A DNA stretch of 53,806 nucleotides from Betaproteobacteria bacterium RIFCSPLOWO2_12_FULL_64_23 (GTDB lineage Bacteria > Pseudomonadota > Gammaproteobacteria > Burkholderiales > SG8-39). Below, piece by piece: positions 1 through 9,439 of the stretch (positions are counted from its first letter, which is position 1; every line of letters starts with the position of its first letter). The stretch is from assembly GCA_001770575.1 (NCBI GenBank), contig MERK01000111.1, positions 1 through 53,806 of the forward strand. Reading direction: 5' to 3'. The notes under the pieces were generated by a model. That model saw only the letters and a list, made by a program, of their open reading frames with translations. It searched no databases and was not told where the DNA came from. Both the position numbers and the translations under genes were made by a program.

Positions 1-828
1 GAAAACGATGGTCTGGCCTTCGTCCTGCGACAGTTCTTTCAACACGGCCTTCAATCGTTCCTCGAATTCGCCGCGGTATTTGGTGCCGGCGAGCAACGCA
101 GCCATGTCGAGCGACAGCACGCGCTTCCCCTTCAGGGTCTCCGGCACTTCGCCGTTGACAATGCGCTGCGCCAGGCCTTCGACGATGGCGGTCTTGCCCA
201 CGCCGGGCTCGCCGATCAGCACCGGGTTGTTCTTGGTGCGCCGCTGCAGAATCTGGATCACGCGGCGGATCTCGTCGTCGCGCCCGATCACCGGGTCGAG
301 CTTGCCCGCGCGGGCGCGCTCGGTCAGGTCCATGGTGTATTTCTTCAGCGCCTCGCGGCTGCCCTCGGCATCCTGGCTGGACACGCTCTCCTTGCCGCGC
401 AGGGCGGTGACCGCCTGCTCCAGCGCTTTCTTGCTGCCGCCCGCCTCCTTCAGCAGGCGGCCGGCCTCGCCCTTGTCCTCGGCCAGGGCGAGGACGAACA
501 TTTCCGACGCGATAAACTGGTCGCCGCGCTTCTGCGCTTCCTTGTCCGTAAGGTTGAGCAGGTTGTTGAGCTCGCGCGAAATCGACACTTCGCCGCCCTG
601 GCCCTCGACCTTGGGCATGCGCGCGATCGCGCCCTTGAGGGCATCGCGCAGCCGCGTCACGTTGACCCCGGCGCGCGCGAGGAGCGACGCCGTGCCGCCG
701 TCTTCCTGCGCGATCAAGGCCGACAGGACATGCACCGGCTCGATGTAGGAATTGTCGTTGCCCACGGCTAGGCTCTGCGCGTCGGCCAGCGCCTGCTGGA
801 ACTTGGTGGTGAGTTTGTCTAAGCGCAT
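1..828 (-). CDS. clpB: ClpB disaggregase chaperone, N-terminal 276 codons only (gene runs off the left edge)
   Basis: Reverse-complement translation from the ATG at 828 reads [35 protein letters not shown]... and continues through the first AAA+ Walker A ([18 protein letters not shown]). It is absent from the ORF track because it has no stop in the window. The listed + ORF 8..748 is its shadow. Confidence 0.9.
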   Translation of the reverse strand, partial: MRLDKLTTKFQQALADAQSLAVGNDNSYIEPVHVLSALIAQEDGGTASLLARAGVNVTRLRDALKGAIARMPKVEGQGGEVSISRELNNLLNLTDKEAQKRGDQFIASEMFVLALAEDKGEAGRLLKEAGGSKKALEQAVTALRGKESVSSQDAEGSREALKKYTMDLTERARAGKLDPVIGRDDEIRRVIQILQRRTKNNPVLIGEPGVGKTAIVEGLAQRIVNGEVPETLKGKRVLSLDMAALLAGTKYRGEFEERLKAVLKELSQDEGQTIVF

Positions 829-856
829 GGGAAGCTCCCTGGAGTCATTGCTTCCC

Positions 857-884
857 AGATGCGGCCACATTGCGGATTTTCAAG
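857..884 (-). promoter_or_regulatory. sigma32 (RpoH) heat-shock type promoter upstream of clpB
   Basis: The minus strand reads CTTGAAA (884..878), a 13 nt spacer, then CCGCATCT (864..857). This closely matches the CTTGAA-N13-15-CCCCATNT consensus and lies 29-56 nt upstream of the clpB ATG. Confidence 0.6.
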
Positions 885-951
885 CGATGAGAGGGAACCG
901 TTCCTCACCGAATCGTCATCAAGGCGCCGGTCTACCTCGCGTCGGAGTCCC

Positions 952-2376
952 TCAAACCGTCACACCCGAAGATTGATGACCGGCGGCAACGCGCCGCGCC
1001 GGAAAACGCACCGTAAAGCGGCTGCCCTTGCCCGGTTCGCTCTCGATCTGCAGGCTGGCCTGGTGTCGCAGGAGCGCGTGCTTGACAATCGCGAGCCCGA
1101 GACCCGTTCCGCCCGTCTCGCGCGATCGGCCGCTGTCCACGCGGTAGAAGCGCTCGGTGAGCCGCGGGATGTGCTCCGGCTCGATTCCGACGCCGCTGTC
1201 CTCGACGGCAAAGGACGCGCCGTCCGCCGAAGCCCGCCAGATCAGCCGCACTTCACCGCCCGCAGGCGAGTAGCGGATGGCGTTGGTAATCAGGTTCCGC
1301 AGCGCGCTGGCGATCTCGCTTTCGGCGCCCAGAAGGTCCCAATCGCCCTGTGCGTCCAGGCTGATGCGGTGGCGCCCGCCGGATAGCGCTTCCGCGTCGG
1401 CACACAGGCTGTCGAGCACTGCCCTCATCGGGACCTGCCGGTCCCAGGGGGGCTGGGGCGCGGATTCCAGTGCCGAGAGCGTGAGCAGGTCGTCGATGAT
1501 GCGCTGCATGCGGCTCGCCTGGCCGGCCATCATGCCCATGTAGTTGCGCGCCCGGTCCGGATCCAGCTTCAGCTCCCGCACGGTCTCGAGAAAACCCGTG
1601 AGCACGGTGAGCGGCGTGCGCAGCTCGTGCGACACGTTGGCGACGAAGTCGCGCCGCATGGTGTCCAGCCGCTCCGCCTGAGTTATGTCGCGCGCCAGCA
1701 GCAGCTTCTGCGCATCGTCGTAGGGAATGATCTGAACCGAAAGCGACAGGGCCGCGCCTCTAGCGGTCTTCAGCTGGGCGGGACCGGTGTAATCGCCAGC
1801 CGCCAGGTATTTGACGAACTCCGGCTGCCTGACCAGATTCGTAATCGGCTGGCCGACATCGGTTTTGCCGTCGATGCCGAAACGCGCCTCGGCCTTGCCG
1901 TTGCACCAGACGATCCGGTCGTCGCCATCCAGGATCACCACGCCGTCCGGCAGGGCACGCCCCGCCTGGCTATAGCGGACCACGAGGCGCGCCAGGCGTT
2001 GACGTTCCTGCGCCAGGCGCCGCTCGCGCCGATGCAGCAGGGCAAAGGCGTCATCCCAAGCACCGCTCGCCTCAGGCACATCCCCTGGATCCGGGTTGCC
2101 AAGCCAGTCGAGCAGGCGACGCAGGTTCCTGGCGTGGTATCCGGACACGATCAGCAGTCCGCCGGCGAACAATGCCCATCCGGCGTCGGCGCCGAACGCC
2201 AGGCGCCCGATCAATGCCGGAACAGCCAGCCAGGCTGCGGTGGTGAGCGTCTGAACCAGAACGCTGTTCAATGTGTGCGCCGGGAACACGAGGCCGGCAT
2301 TATCGCACGGCTGTTTCCAACCCTGTTCGCCCCGCGCGTGCCGGGGCCGGGAATCAGGCGCTGGAACCGAACCCAT
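952..2376 (-). CDS. phoR: Phosphate regulon sensor histidine kinase PhoR (start codon uncertain; may be slightly downstream)
   Basis: 474 aa ORF with two N-terminal TM segments, a PAS region, the H-box FVANVSHELRTPLTVL and an HATPase C-terminus. It sits directly downstream of phoB and overlaps it. Confidence 0.9.
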   Translation of the reverse strand: MGSVPAPDSRPRHARGEQGWKQPCDNAGLVFPAHTLNSVLVQTLTTAAWLAVPALIGRLAFGADAGWALFAGGLLIVSGYHARNLRRLLDWLGNPDPGDVPEASGAWDDAFALLHRRERRLAQERQRLARLVVRYSQAGRALPDGVVILDGDDRIVWCNGKAEARFGIDGKTDVGQPITNLVRQPEFVKYLAAGDYTGPAQLKTARGAALSLSVQIIPYDDAQKLLLARDITQAERLDTMRRDFVANVSHELRTPLTVLTGFLETVRELKLDPDRARNYMGMMAGQASRMQRIIDDLLTLSALESAPQPPWDRQVPMRAVLDSLCADAEALSGGRHRISLDAQGDWDLLGAESEIASALRNLITNAIRYSPAGGEVRLIWRASADGASFAVEDSGVGIEPEHIPRLTERFYRVDSGRSRETGGTGLGLAIVKHALLRHQASLQIESEPGKGSRFTVRFPARRVAAGHQSSGVTV

Positions 2377-3043
2377 AGCCGCTCCCGCGAACGGTCTGGA
2401 TCAGCCGGTCGTGTCCCGACGGCGAAAGCGCCTGACGCAGCCGGCGTATGTGAACATCCACGGTGCGCTCCTCCACGAACACGTGATCCCCCCAGACCGC
2501 ATCGAGCAGCTGTGCGCGCGAATAGATCCGGTCCGGATGCGTCATGAAGAAATGCAGAAAGCGGAACTCGGTGGGACCCAGTTCGATCTTGCGGCCGCCG
2601 CCGGCAACCCGGTGGGCAACGGGATCCAGGCGCAGGCCCGCTATCTCCACGGTGTCGTCGGTCAATTCCGGCGCCCGCCGGCGAAGCACCGCCTTGATGC
2701 GCGCGACCAGCTCCCGCGGCGAAAAGGGCTTGGTGATGTAATCGTCCGCGCCCGCTTCGAGCCCGGCAAGCTTGTCCCGCTCGTCGGCGCGTGCCGTCAG
2801 CATGATAATCGGAATGGCTTTCGTGCGCCGGTCCGCGCGCAGCCTGCGCGCGAAAACCAGCCCCGATTCACCCGGGAGCATCCAGTCGAGCAGGACGACA
2901 TCCGGCAGTGCCGCCATGATCAGCTTCTCAGCCTCGGCTACGGAGCGCGCGCGCCAGGGCTCTTGCCCCGCATGCTCGAGGTTGACCGCGATCAGCTCCA
3001 GGATCGGCTCTTCGTCCTCGACGATCAGGATCGAACTGGGCAT
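2354..3043 (-). CDS. phoB: Phosphate regulon response regulator PhoB (OmpR family)
   Basis: 229 aa. Receiver domain (ILIVEDEEPI...LLDWMLPG...ADDYITKPFSPRELVARIKAVLRR) plus a winged-helix C-terminus. Lies between phoU and phoR. Confidence 0.92.
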   Translation of the reverse strand: MPSSILIVEDEEPILELIAVNLEHAGQEPWRARSVAEAEKLIMAALPDVVLLDWMLPGESGLVFARRLRADRRTKAIPIIMLTARADERDKLAGLEAGADDYITKPFSPRELVARIKAVLRRRAPELTDDTVEIAGLRLDPVAHRVAGGGRKIELGPTEFRFLHFFMTHPDRIYSRAQLLDAVWGDHVFVEERTVDVHIRRLRQALSPSGHDRLIQTVRGSGYGFGSSA

Positions 3044-3093
3044 GCCGGCTCCTGCAACCCCGCACTTGCGTGCATTCCGGACCAGTACGCCAT

Positions 3094-3801
3094 TCAGCTT
3101 TTCGCCTCGCGCTCGAGATCCTCGAAGCGGGTGTGGCGTACGTCGGTGCCCTTGACGATATAAATTACGTTTTCGGCCACGTTCTTGGCATGGTCACCGA
3201 TGCGTTCGATCGCCTTGGCAATCCAGAGAACTTCCAGGGCACTGGAAATCGTGCGCGGATCCTCCATCATGAAAGTGACCAGCTGGCGCACGATGGAGCG
3301 GAATTCGTCGTCGATGGTCATGTCCTCGCGCACGACCTGCGCGGCCTGCTCCGCATCCAGGCGCGCAAACGCGTCCAGCGCCTGGCGCAGCATCTGCACC
3401 GCGATGTTGCCGGCATGCCGGATCTGCCCGAAGCGCTGCACCTTGAGCCGGTCGCGTTCGTGAATCTGCTTCGACATGCGCGCGATTTTTTCCGCCTCGT
3501 CCCCCATGCGCTCGAGGTCCGTCACTGTCTTGCTGACCGCCATGATCAGGCGCAGGTCGGTCGCGGCCGGCTGCCGCCTGACGATGATATGGCTGCAGTC
3601 GGTATCGATGCTCACCTCGTAGCCGTTGACGCGCAACTCGGTTTCAATCACCCGCTCGAACAGCTCCGGGTTTCCAGTGGAAAAACCCTCGATGGCCGCA
3701 AGAATCTGCGCCTCGACGAGGCCGCCCATTTGCAGGACGCGCGAACGCAGCGCATCGAGGTCGCTGTCGTACTGTTTCGAAAGGTGTTCGGTGGTAGGCA
3801 T
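3094..3801 (-). CDS. phoU: Phosphate signalling accessory protein PhoU
   Basis: The C-terminal 235 aa of track ORF 3094..4203, starting MPTTEHLSKQYDSDLDALRS, show the PhoU two-repeat pattern (E/DxxxD motifs, ...ERIGDHAKNVAE). The ATG at 3801 was verified. The longer ORF would overlap pstB. Confidence 0.9.
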   Translation of the reverse strand: MPTTEHLSKQYDSDLDALRSRVLQMGGLVEAQILAAIEGFSTGNPELFERVIETELRVNGYEVSIDTDCSHIIVRRQPAATDLRLIMAVSKTVTDLERMGDEAEKIARMSKQIHERDRLKVQRFGQIRHAGNIAVQMLRQALDAFARLDAEQAAQVVREDMTIDDEFRSIVRQLVTFMMEDPRTISSALEVLWIAKAIERIGDHAKNVAENVIYIVKGTDVRHTRFEDLEREAKS

Positions 3802-3821
3802 GTTCGCGCTCCTTGGGCTGT

Positions 3822-4619
3822 CTAACCGAAACGCCCGGTGATGTAGTCTTCGGTCTGCTTGTTCCGCGGCTTGATGAACAGGTTGTCGGTGTCGCCGAAT
3901 TCGATCAGCTCGCCCAAGTACATGTAAGCGGCGTAATCGGAAACCCGCGCAGCCTGCTGCATATTGTGAGTGACGATGACAATGGTGAATTCCTGCTTCA
4001 GGTCGTGGATCAGTTCCTCTATTCTCGCGGTGGATATCGGATCCAGCGCAGAGGTGGGTTCGTCCAGCAGCAGAATCTCCGGATGAACGGCGATGCCGCG
4101 CGCGATGCACAGGCGCTGCTGCTGCCCGCCGGAGAGGCTCATGCCGCTCTGATTCAGCTTGTCCTTCGCCTCGTCCCATAGCGCCGCCTTGCGCAGCGCC
4201 CATTCGACGCGATCGTCCATCTGCGCGCGCGTCACGTCTTCGTGCAAACGCACGCCGAAAGCGATGTTCTCGTAGATCGACATCGGAAACGGCGTCGGCT
4301 TCTGGAACACCATGCCGACGCGTGCGCGCAAATCGTTCAAATCGATATCGGCGTCGAGCAGGTTCTTGCCGTCGAGCAGCAATTCCCCCTCGGCGCGCTG
4401 CTCGGGATAGAGCGCGTACATCCTGTTCATCGCGCGCAGCAGCGTGGATTTGCCGCAGCCGGAGGGGCCGATGAAGGCCGTGACGCTGGCCTTGTAGACA
4501 TCCATGTTGATGTCCTTCAGCGCATGGTACTTGCCGTAAAAGAAATTCAGGCCGCGGATCGTTAGCTGGACCGCCGGCGCAGGCGTGGTGCTCGTCTCGG
4601 TGATTGGCGTTGTCATCAT
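3822..4619 (-). CDS. pstB: Phosphate ABC transporter ATP-binding protein PstB
   Basis: 265 aa with Walker [10 protein letters not shown], signature LSGGQQQRL and Walker [12 protein letters not shown]. Position in the pst operon fits. Confidence 0.93.
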   Translation of the reverse strand: MMTTPITETSTTPAPAVQLTIRGLNFFYGKYHALKDINMDVYKASVTAFIGPSGCGKSTLLRAMNRMYALYPEQRAEGELLLDGKNLLDADIDLNDLRARVGMVFQKPTPFPMSIYENIAFGVRLHEDVTRAQMDDRVEWALRKAALWDEAKDKLNQSGMSLSGGQQQRLCIARGIAVHPEILLLDEPTSALDPISTARIEELIHDLKQEFTIVIVTHNMQQAARVSDYAAYMYLGELIEFGDTDNLFIKPRNKQTEDYITGRFG

Positions 4620-4644
4620 CGGGTATGTGTGCAGGAACGTCGGA

Positions 4645-5484
4645 TCAGGACTTCGCCTGTTCCCTGAAGAACACGCGCGCCGCGATGTTCAGCGCAAGCA
4701 CGCCCACGGTGATCAGGAACACGCCCGCCCAGGCCAGCTCCTGCCAGTCGCTGAACGGGCTCATGGCGAACTTGAAGATGGTGACCGGGAGATTCGCCAT
4801 CGGCTCGTCGAGATCCAGGCTCCAGAATTGGTTCGACAGCGCGGTAAACAGCAGCGGCGCGGTTTCCCCGGAAATGCGCGCCACCGCCAGTAATACGCCA
4901 GTGACGATGCCGGCCTTGGCGGATCGGATGGTCACCCGCATGATCACGATCCATTTGGGCGCTCCCAGGGCGAACGCGGCCTCGCGCAGGCTGTTCGGGA
5001 TCAGCAGCAGCATGTTCTCCGTCGTGCGCACCACCACCGGTATGACGATCAGCGCGAGCGCAAACACGCCCGCAATCGCCGAGAATTTCCCGACCTGGGC
5101 CACGTAGGCGGCGTAGATGAACAGGCCGATCACGATGGATGGCGCCGAAAGAAGGATGTCGTTGATAAACCGGGTCGCGAACCCCAGCAGGGTACGCTGT
5201 CCGTATTCCGAGAGATAAGCGCCGGCCAGAATACCGACCGGCGTCCCGAGCAGCGTCGCCAGGCCCACCATGATCGAGCTGCCGACGATGGCGTTCAGCA
5301 GCCCGCCCGGGCTTCCCGGTGCGGGGGTCATCTTGGTGAACAGGGCCAGGGACAGTCCGCTCAGGCCGAGATGAAGGACGGTGTACAGAATCCAGCACAG
5401 CCAGAACAATCCGAAGGACATTGCCGCCAGGGACAGCCCCAAGGCAAAGCGGTTCACCAGTCTGCGCTTGCTGCGAATATTCAT
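4645..5484 (-). CDS. pstA: Phosphate ABC transporter permease PstA
   Basis: 279 aa polytopic membrane protein with a BPD-type permease pattern, located between pstC and pstB. Confidence 0.88.
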   Translation of the reverse strand: MNIRSKRRLVNRFALGLSLAAMSFGLFWLCWILYTVLHLGLSGLSLALFTKMTPAPGSPGGLLNAIVGSSIMVGLATLLGTPVGILAGAYLSEYGQRTLLGFATRFINDILLSAPSIVIGLFIYAAYVAQVGKFSAIAGVFALALIVIPVVVRTTENMLLLIPNSLREAAFALGAPKWIVIMRVTIRSAKAGIVTGVLLAVARISGETAPLLFTALSNQFWSLDLDEPMANLPVTIFKFAMSPFSDWQELAWAGVFLITVGVLALNIAARVFFREQAKS

Positions 5485-5497
5485 CCGGATCTAGGTC

Positions 5498-6523
5498 TCA
5501 GGTCTGCGCGCCTTCGTGGCGTCCCAGGCGCATCAACAAAATCTTGGACAGCGCAAGAACCACGAAGGTGATCAGGAAAAGGATCAGGCCGAGCTCGACC
5601 AGGGCCGCGCTGTACATGCCCTGCCCGGCTTCGGCAAATTCGTTCGCCAGTGCGGAGGTGATGCTGTTCCCGGGCGCGAAGAGCGAGATGGTGTTCAACA
5701 CATTGTTGTTGCCGATGACAAAGGTCACCGCCATCGTTTCGCCAAGCGCGCGCCCCAGTCCGAGTATGATGCCGCCGATCACCCCGACCTTGGTGTACGG
5801 GAGCACGATGCGCCGAACGACTTCCCAGGTCGTCGCACCCAGGCCATAGGCCGACTCCTTCAGCATTCGCGGCGTCACCTCGAACACGTCGCGCATTACC
5901 GAGGCGATGAATGGAATCACCATGATTGCCAGTATGATGCCCGCGCTCAACAGGCCGATCCCGATCGGCGGCCCGCGAAACAGCGCCCCGACGCCCGGAA
6001 CCTGTCCCAGCGTGCTGGTCACGAACGGCTGCAGGTACTCGGAAACCAGGGGGGCAAACACCAGCAGTCCCCACATTCCATAAACGATGCTGGGGATGCC
6101 CGCCAGAAGCTCGATCGCAATGCCGAGCGGCCGCCGCAGCCAGGTCGGCGAGAGCTCCGTAAGAAACAAGGCGATCCCGAAGCTGACCGGAACCGCGATC
6201 AACAGAGCAATGATCGAGGTTACCAGCGTGCCGTAAATGGGCACCAACGCGCCGAAGCGCTCGACCGGCGGATTCCATTCCGATCGAAACAGGAATGCAA
6301 TCCCGAAGCGCTCGATGGAAGGCCACGCGCCGTATAGCAGCGACACGATGATGCCGCCGAGCATGATCAGAACCAATGCGGCGAAGGCGCGCGAAACATT
6401 GAAGAATACGATGTCCCCGATCGCCGATGATTTCTTTCTTCTGGGCAGGTTCATTGTGAGCGCGCGGGCCGCAGCACCTTCCCGGATAGGTGCGCCGCCG
6501 ATGCCGATATTCATGCTGGCCAA
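5498..6523 (-). CDS. pstC: Phosphate ABC transporter permease PstC
   Basis: 341 aa polytopic membrane protein downstream of pstS, with the EAA-like loop ...[12 protein letters not shown].... Confidence 0.88.
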   Translation of the reverse strand: MASMNIGIGGAPIREGAAARALTMNLPRRKKSSAIGDIVFFNVSRAFAALVLIMLGGIIVSLLYGAWPSIERFGIAFLFRSEWNPPVERFGALVPIYGTLVTSIIALLIAVPVSFGIALFLTELSPTWLRRPLGIAIELLAGIPSIVYGMWGLLVFAPLVSEYLQPFVTSTLGQVPGVGALFRGPPIGIGLLSAGIILAIMVIPFIASVMRDVFEVTPRMLKESAYGLGATTWEVVRRIVLPYTKVGVIGGIILGLGRALGETMAVTFVIGNNNVLNTISLFAPGNSITSALANEFAEAGQGMYSAALVELGLILFLITFVVLALSKILLMRLGRHEGAQT

Positions 6524-6537
6524 TCCGGAAAGCAGCC

Positions 6538-6564
6538 CCGTTCGGCGCCGGGAGCGCCGGACGG
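6538..6564 (-). terminator. Intercistronic stem-loop between pstS and pstC (possible partial terminator or mRNA stabiliser)
   Basis: Arms 6538..6548 and 6554..6564 pair at 10 of 11 positions around a 5-nt loop, starting 17 nt after the pstS stop. There is no clear U-tract, so it is not a classical strong terminator. Confidence 0.35.
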
Positions 6565-6580
6565 ATCCAGCCCTTCTTGC

Positions 6581-7639
6581 TTAACGGCTGCTCCAGAGCG
6601 CCTTGCCGGCTGCGTCCTTGATGTTGGCCGCCCAGGCACTCTTGATCAGTTTCACCAGGCTATCCGGGAGAGGCACGTATATGAGATCCGCGGCCATTTT
6701 ATCCCCGTTGGCGTAGGCCCAGTCGAAGAATTTCATCACCTCGGTCCCCTGCTCGGGTTTGGCCTGGACCTTGTGCATGAGGATGAATGTCGCGCCCGTG
6801 ATCGGCCAGCTGTTCTTGCCAGGCTGGTTGGTCAGGATTTCCGCGAACGCAGATCTGGTCCAATCCGCGCCGGCTGCGGCCGACTTGAACGTCGTTTCCT
6901 CGGGCGCAACGAACTGGCCGTCGGCATTGCGCATCAAGGCGTAAGAAAGCTTGTTCTGCTTGGCATAGGCGTATTCCACATAGCCAATTGCGGCCGGGAT
7001 CCGCTGAACGAATGCCGCAACGCCCTCGTTGCCCTTTCCCCCCAGGCCCACGGGCCACTGCACCGCGGTGCCCTCGCCGACCTTTTGCTTCCACTCGGCG
7101 CTGACCTTGGACAGGTAATTGGTGAATATGAAGGTCGTGCCGGAGCCGTCGGCGCGTCGCACCACGGCGATATCCTGGTTTGGCAGGGCAAGCTGGGGGT
7201 TCAGATCCGCAATCGCCTTGTCGTTCCATTTCGCCACCTTGCCGAGATAAATGTCGGCCAGCAGCGCGCCGGTCAGATGCAGGTCCCCAGGCTTGATTCC
7301 CTGCACGTTCACCACGGGAACCACCCCACCGATCACCGTCGGGAACTGGAACAGGCCGTCCTTGTCCAGATCGGCGGGCTTGAGCGGCATGTCGGAGGCG
7401 CCGAAATCGACTGTCTTCGCGATGATCTGTTTGATGCCGCCACCCGAGCCGATCGACTGGTAATTCATCTTTACGCTCGTGGCTTTCTGGTAGGCCTCCG
7501 CCCATTTCGCGTAGACCGGCGCCGGAAAGGAGGCACCTGCTCCGGTAAGTTCCTTGGCAGCCAGCGCCTGGCCTCCGAAACCCAGCGTCGCCAACGCGAG
7601 TACCCCGACCGACTGTCTTGTAGACCTCAACATGTTCAT
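6581..7639 (-). CDS. pstS: Periplasmic phosphate-binding protein PstS
   Basis: 352 aa with a signal peptide (...[13 protein letters not shown]) and PstS-family motifs ([21 protein letters not shown]). First gene of the pst operon. Confidence 0.92.
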   Translation of the reverse strand: MNMLRSTRQSVGVLALATLGFGGQALAAKELTGAGASFPAPVYAKWAEAYQKATSVKMNYQSIGSGGGIKQIIAKTVDFGASDMPLKPADLDKDGLFQFPTVIGGVVPVVNVQGIKPGDLHLTGALLADIYLGKVAKWNDKAIADLNPQLALPNQDIAVVRRADGSGTTFIFTNYLSKVSAEWKQKVGEGTAVQWPVGLGGKGNEGVAAFVQRIPAAIGYVEYAYAKQNKLSYALMRNADGQFVAPEETTFKSAAAGADWTRSAFAEILTNQPGKNSWPITGATFILMHKVQAKPEQGTEVMKFFDWAYANGDKMAADLIYVPLPDSLVKLIKSAWAANIKDAAGKALWSSR

Positions 7640-7694
7640 CGATTCACCCCAATGGTTGAAAGAAAATATTCGGAGGTGAGTCTACAACGGGCAT

Positions 7695-7712
7695 ATGACA
7701 GCAGCATTACAG
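7695..7712 (-). promoter_or_regulatory. Pho box (PhoB binding site) upstream of pstS
   Basis: The minus strand reads CTGTAAT-gctg-CTGTCAT: two 7-bp direct repeats with 11-bp periodicity, 56-73 nt upstream of the pstS start. This matches the CTGTCAT-N4-CTGTCAT consensus. Confidence 0.6.
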
Positions 7713-7816
7713 CAGAGCGAGCACGGGGCGCTCGCCGATCCCGGTCAAGGATGAGCGTGCCGGGCGCCGCCTGGTTCGTTCCACAGCCGGCGCGCAGTTC
7801 CACCTGCGCGTAGGGA

Positions 7817-8137
7817 TCAGTCCCCGCCCAGTATCCCGAACTCGGCTTCAGTCCTGGAGTAGAACAGGTTCAACCCCTCGCGCGTCAACTGCGCGAGGAG
7901 TTGTTCGGCGAGCTCTGGGCTGGTGATGAATATGACCTCCACCGGGAGCTCGCCCGCGAGCTCGAAAAACGTCTGTTCGTGCAGCACCCCGTGGCGACCG
8001 TAGCCGGCCACCGCGCGGAACGCCGAGCCGCCGGGGACGCCGAGCTTCTTCGCTTTCTCCAGCAGCCACTCGTACATCAGCTCGCCATCGTGCTTTTCGC
8101 CCTCGGGAACGAAGAACTGCAAAGAAACGCCGCGCAT
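7817..8137 (-). CDS. DUF190 domain protein (commonly partnered with crcB)
   Basis: The last 106 aa of track ORF 7817..8590 (MRGVSLQFFVPEGEKHDGELMYEWLLEKAKKLGVPGGSAFRAVAGYG...). ATG at 8137 verified. It starts 11 nt downstream of the crcB stop. Confidence 0.75.
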   Translation of the reverse strand: MRGVSLQFFVPEGEKHDGELMYEWLLEKAKKLGVPGGSAFRAVAGYGRHGVLHEQTFFELAGELPVEVIFITSPELAEQLLAQLTREGLNLFYSRTEAEFGILGGD

Positions 8138-8148
8138 CGCTTTCTCCC

Positions 8149-8532
8149 CTATCCGTGCAGCCATTTGAATGTTGCGAAACCAAGCAAGGTCATGATGAGC
8201 GATCCCGCCAAATGCGACAGGATCAGTCCCGCGGCCCAAGCGTACTGGGCGCGCACCAACAGCGTGACCGCTTCCGCGGAAAATGTCGAGAACGTCGTCA
8301 GCCCGCCGAGGAAGCCGGTGATCACGAACAGCCGCCATTCGGGCGGAATTGCGGCGTTGTCGGCAAAATAGGCGACAGCGAGGCCGATCAGGTAACCGCC
8401 GATCAGGTTGGCCGTGAGCGTGCCCAGGGGAAGCGTAGGGAACGCCGGGTTGAGCACGCTTCCCAATCCCCAGCGCAGCCACGCGCCTATGGCGGCGCCG
8501 ATGCCGATGGCTGCGAAAGCGGCGGCGGTCAC
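8149..8532 (-). CDS. crcB: Fluoride ion channel CrcB/FluC
   Basis: 127 aa, four TM segments, CrcB motifs ([25 protein letters not shown]). GTG start. Confidence 0.88.
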   Translation of the reverse strand: MTAAAFAAIGIGAAIGAWLRWGLGSVLNPAFPTLPLGTLTANLIGGYLIGLAVAYFADNAAIPPEWRLFVITGFLGGLTTFSTFSAEAVTLLVRAQYAWAAGLILSHLAGSLIMTLLGFATFKWLHG

Positions 8533-8640
8533 GACGAAGAAATCCCGCTGAGTCCGATTGGCACTTACCTACGCCTCTTTTCTGTGGCAACTTCGATCAT
8601 CGTCTCAGTAGCTTGACCTGCAACAAGACTTTGGTTGGGC

Positions 8641-8698
8641 GTGGGAGCGAGCTTGCTCGCGATTGCGTGCCGGATATCGCGAGCAAGCTCGCTCCCAC
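8641..8698. repeat. REP-like perfect palindrome (22-bp arms, 14-nt loop)
   Basis: GTGGGAGCGAGCTTGCTCGCGA (8641..8662) and its exact reverse complement (8677..8698). The same arm sequence recurs at 43520..43573. Located in the moaE-crcB intergenic gap. Confidence 0.85.
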
Positions 8699-8724
8699 GA
8701 AACAATTCGTCAACCTAGGAGAGC

Positions 8725-9180
8725 TCAATCCTTGTTCCAGCGTTCGGCCGCCAGCTCGTCGTCCGAGCGCGCCTCGACCCAGCGCGCGCCCTGCGCAGTC
8801 TGCTCTTTTTTCCAGAACGGCGCCTGCGTCTTGAGGTAGTCCATGATGAACTCGCAGGCGGCGAAGGCTGCGCCGCGGTGCGCGCCCGTCACCACCACCA
8901 GCACGATTTGGTCCAGCGGTTTCAATTCGCCGACGCGATGGATCACCAGCGCATCGGCGATGTCCCAGCGCTTCTTGGCCTCGGCGACAATGCCCGCCAG
9001 CGCTCTTTCGGTCATGCCCGGATAGTGCTCCAGCGTCATGCCGGTGACCGCGTCGCCGTTGTTTACGTCGCGCACCAGGCCGATGAAACTGGCGATGGCG
9101 CCGATCCCTGCATCGGCGCCGCACAGTGCCGCTATTTCCGCGCCAATATCGAAATCCGCCTGTTGCACCCGCACCGCCAT
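8725..9180 (-). CDS. moaE: Molybdopterin synthase catalytic subunit MoaE
   Basis: 151 aa with a MoaE pattern (...FIGLVRD...LEHYPGMTE...IHRVGEL...VVVTGAHR...FWKKE). Directly follows moaD. Confidence 0.9.
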   Translation of the reverse strand: MAVRVQQADFDIGAEIAALCGADAGIGAIASFIGLVRDVNNGDAVTGMTLEHYPGMTERALAGIVAEAKKRWDIADALVIHRVGELKPLDQIVLVVVTGAHRGAAFAACEFIMDYLKTQAPFWKKEQTAQGARWVEARSDDELAAERWNKD

Positions 9181-9181
9181 A

Positions 9182-9439
9182 TCACCCCCCGGTCACCGGC
9201 GGGAAGAATGCGATCTCATCACCCGCCTTCACCGGCGTATCGTCGCGCGCGAGGTCCTGGTTGACCGAAACGCGCACCGCCTTGCCTTGGCCGAGCGCCG
9301 CGGCCGAGGCGCCGCCGCGCGCGACCAGCTGCGCGCGCAGGCCCTTCACGTCACTGGCCTCCGCCGGCAGCTCGAACATCTCCCCGGCGATGCCCATATC
9401 CTCGCGCAGCCTGGCGAAGTACAGAATTCTGATGCTCAT
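9182..9439 (-). CDS. moaD: Molybdopterin synthase sulfur carrier subunit MoaD
   Basis: 85 aa (MSIRILYFARLRE...) ending in the diagnostic C-terminal PPVTGG. ATG at 9439 verified. It overlaps the moeA stop by 4 nt. Confidence 0.88.
   Translation of the reverse strand: MSIRILYFARLREDMGIAGEMFELPAEASDVKGLRAQLVARGGASAAALGQGKAVRVSVNQDLARDDTPVKAGDEIAFFPPVTGG

Noticed and set aside
3094-4203. N-terminally extended versions of real genes in the track (phoU 369 aa, 7817..8590, 9436..10872, 11683..12966, 26474..27346, 29944..31473, 35483..36355, 43638..44429 and others).
   Set aside because: The extensions overlap the upstream gene in another frame and have a shadow-like composition. Internal start codons give proteins of normal family length, often with 4-nt start/stop overlaps.
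7717-7735. Short hairpin (GCGAGC-N7-GCTCGC) after the DUF190 gene as a terminator.
   Set aside because: It has only a 6-bp stem without a U-tract and abuts the Pho box. This is too weak to call.
8533-8640. Possible fluoride riboswitch in the crcB leader.
   Set aside because: The leader contains GGCGUAGGUAAGUGCC, loosely like the 5' part of the crcB motif. However, the conserved AACCGCC and the 3' CUGAUGAUGCCUAC-type pseudoknot segment are missing or out of order. An Infernal search with the Rfam crcB model would settle it.
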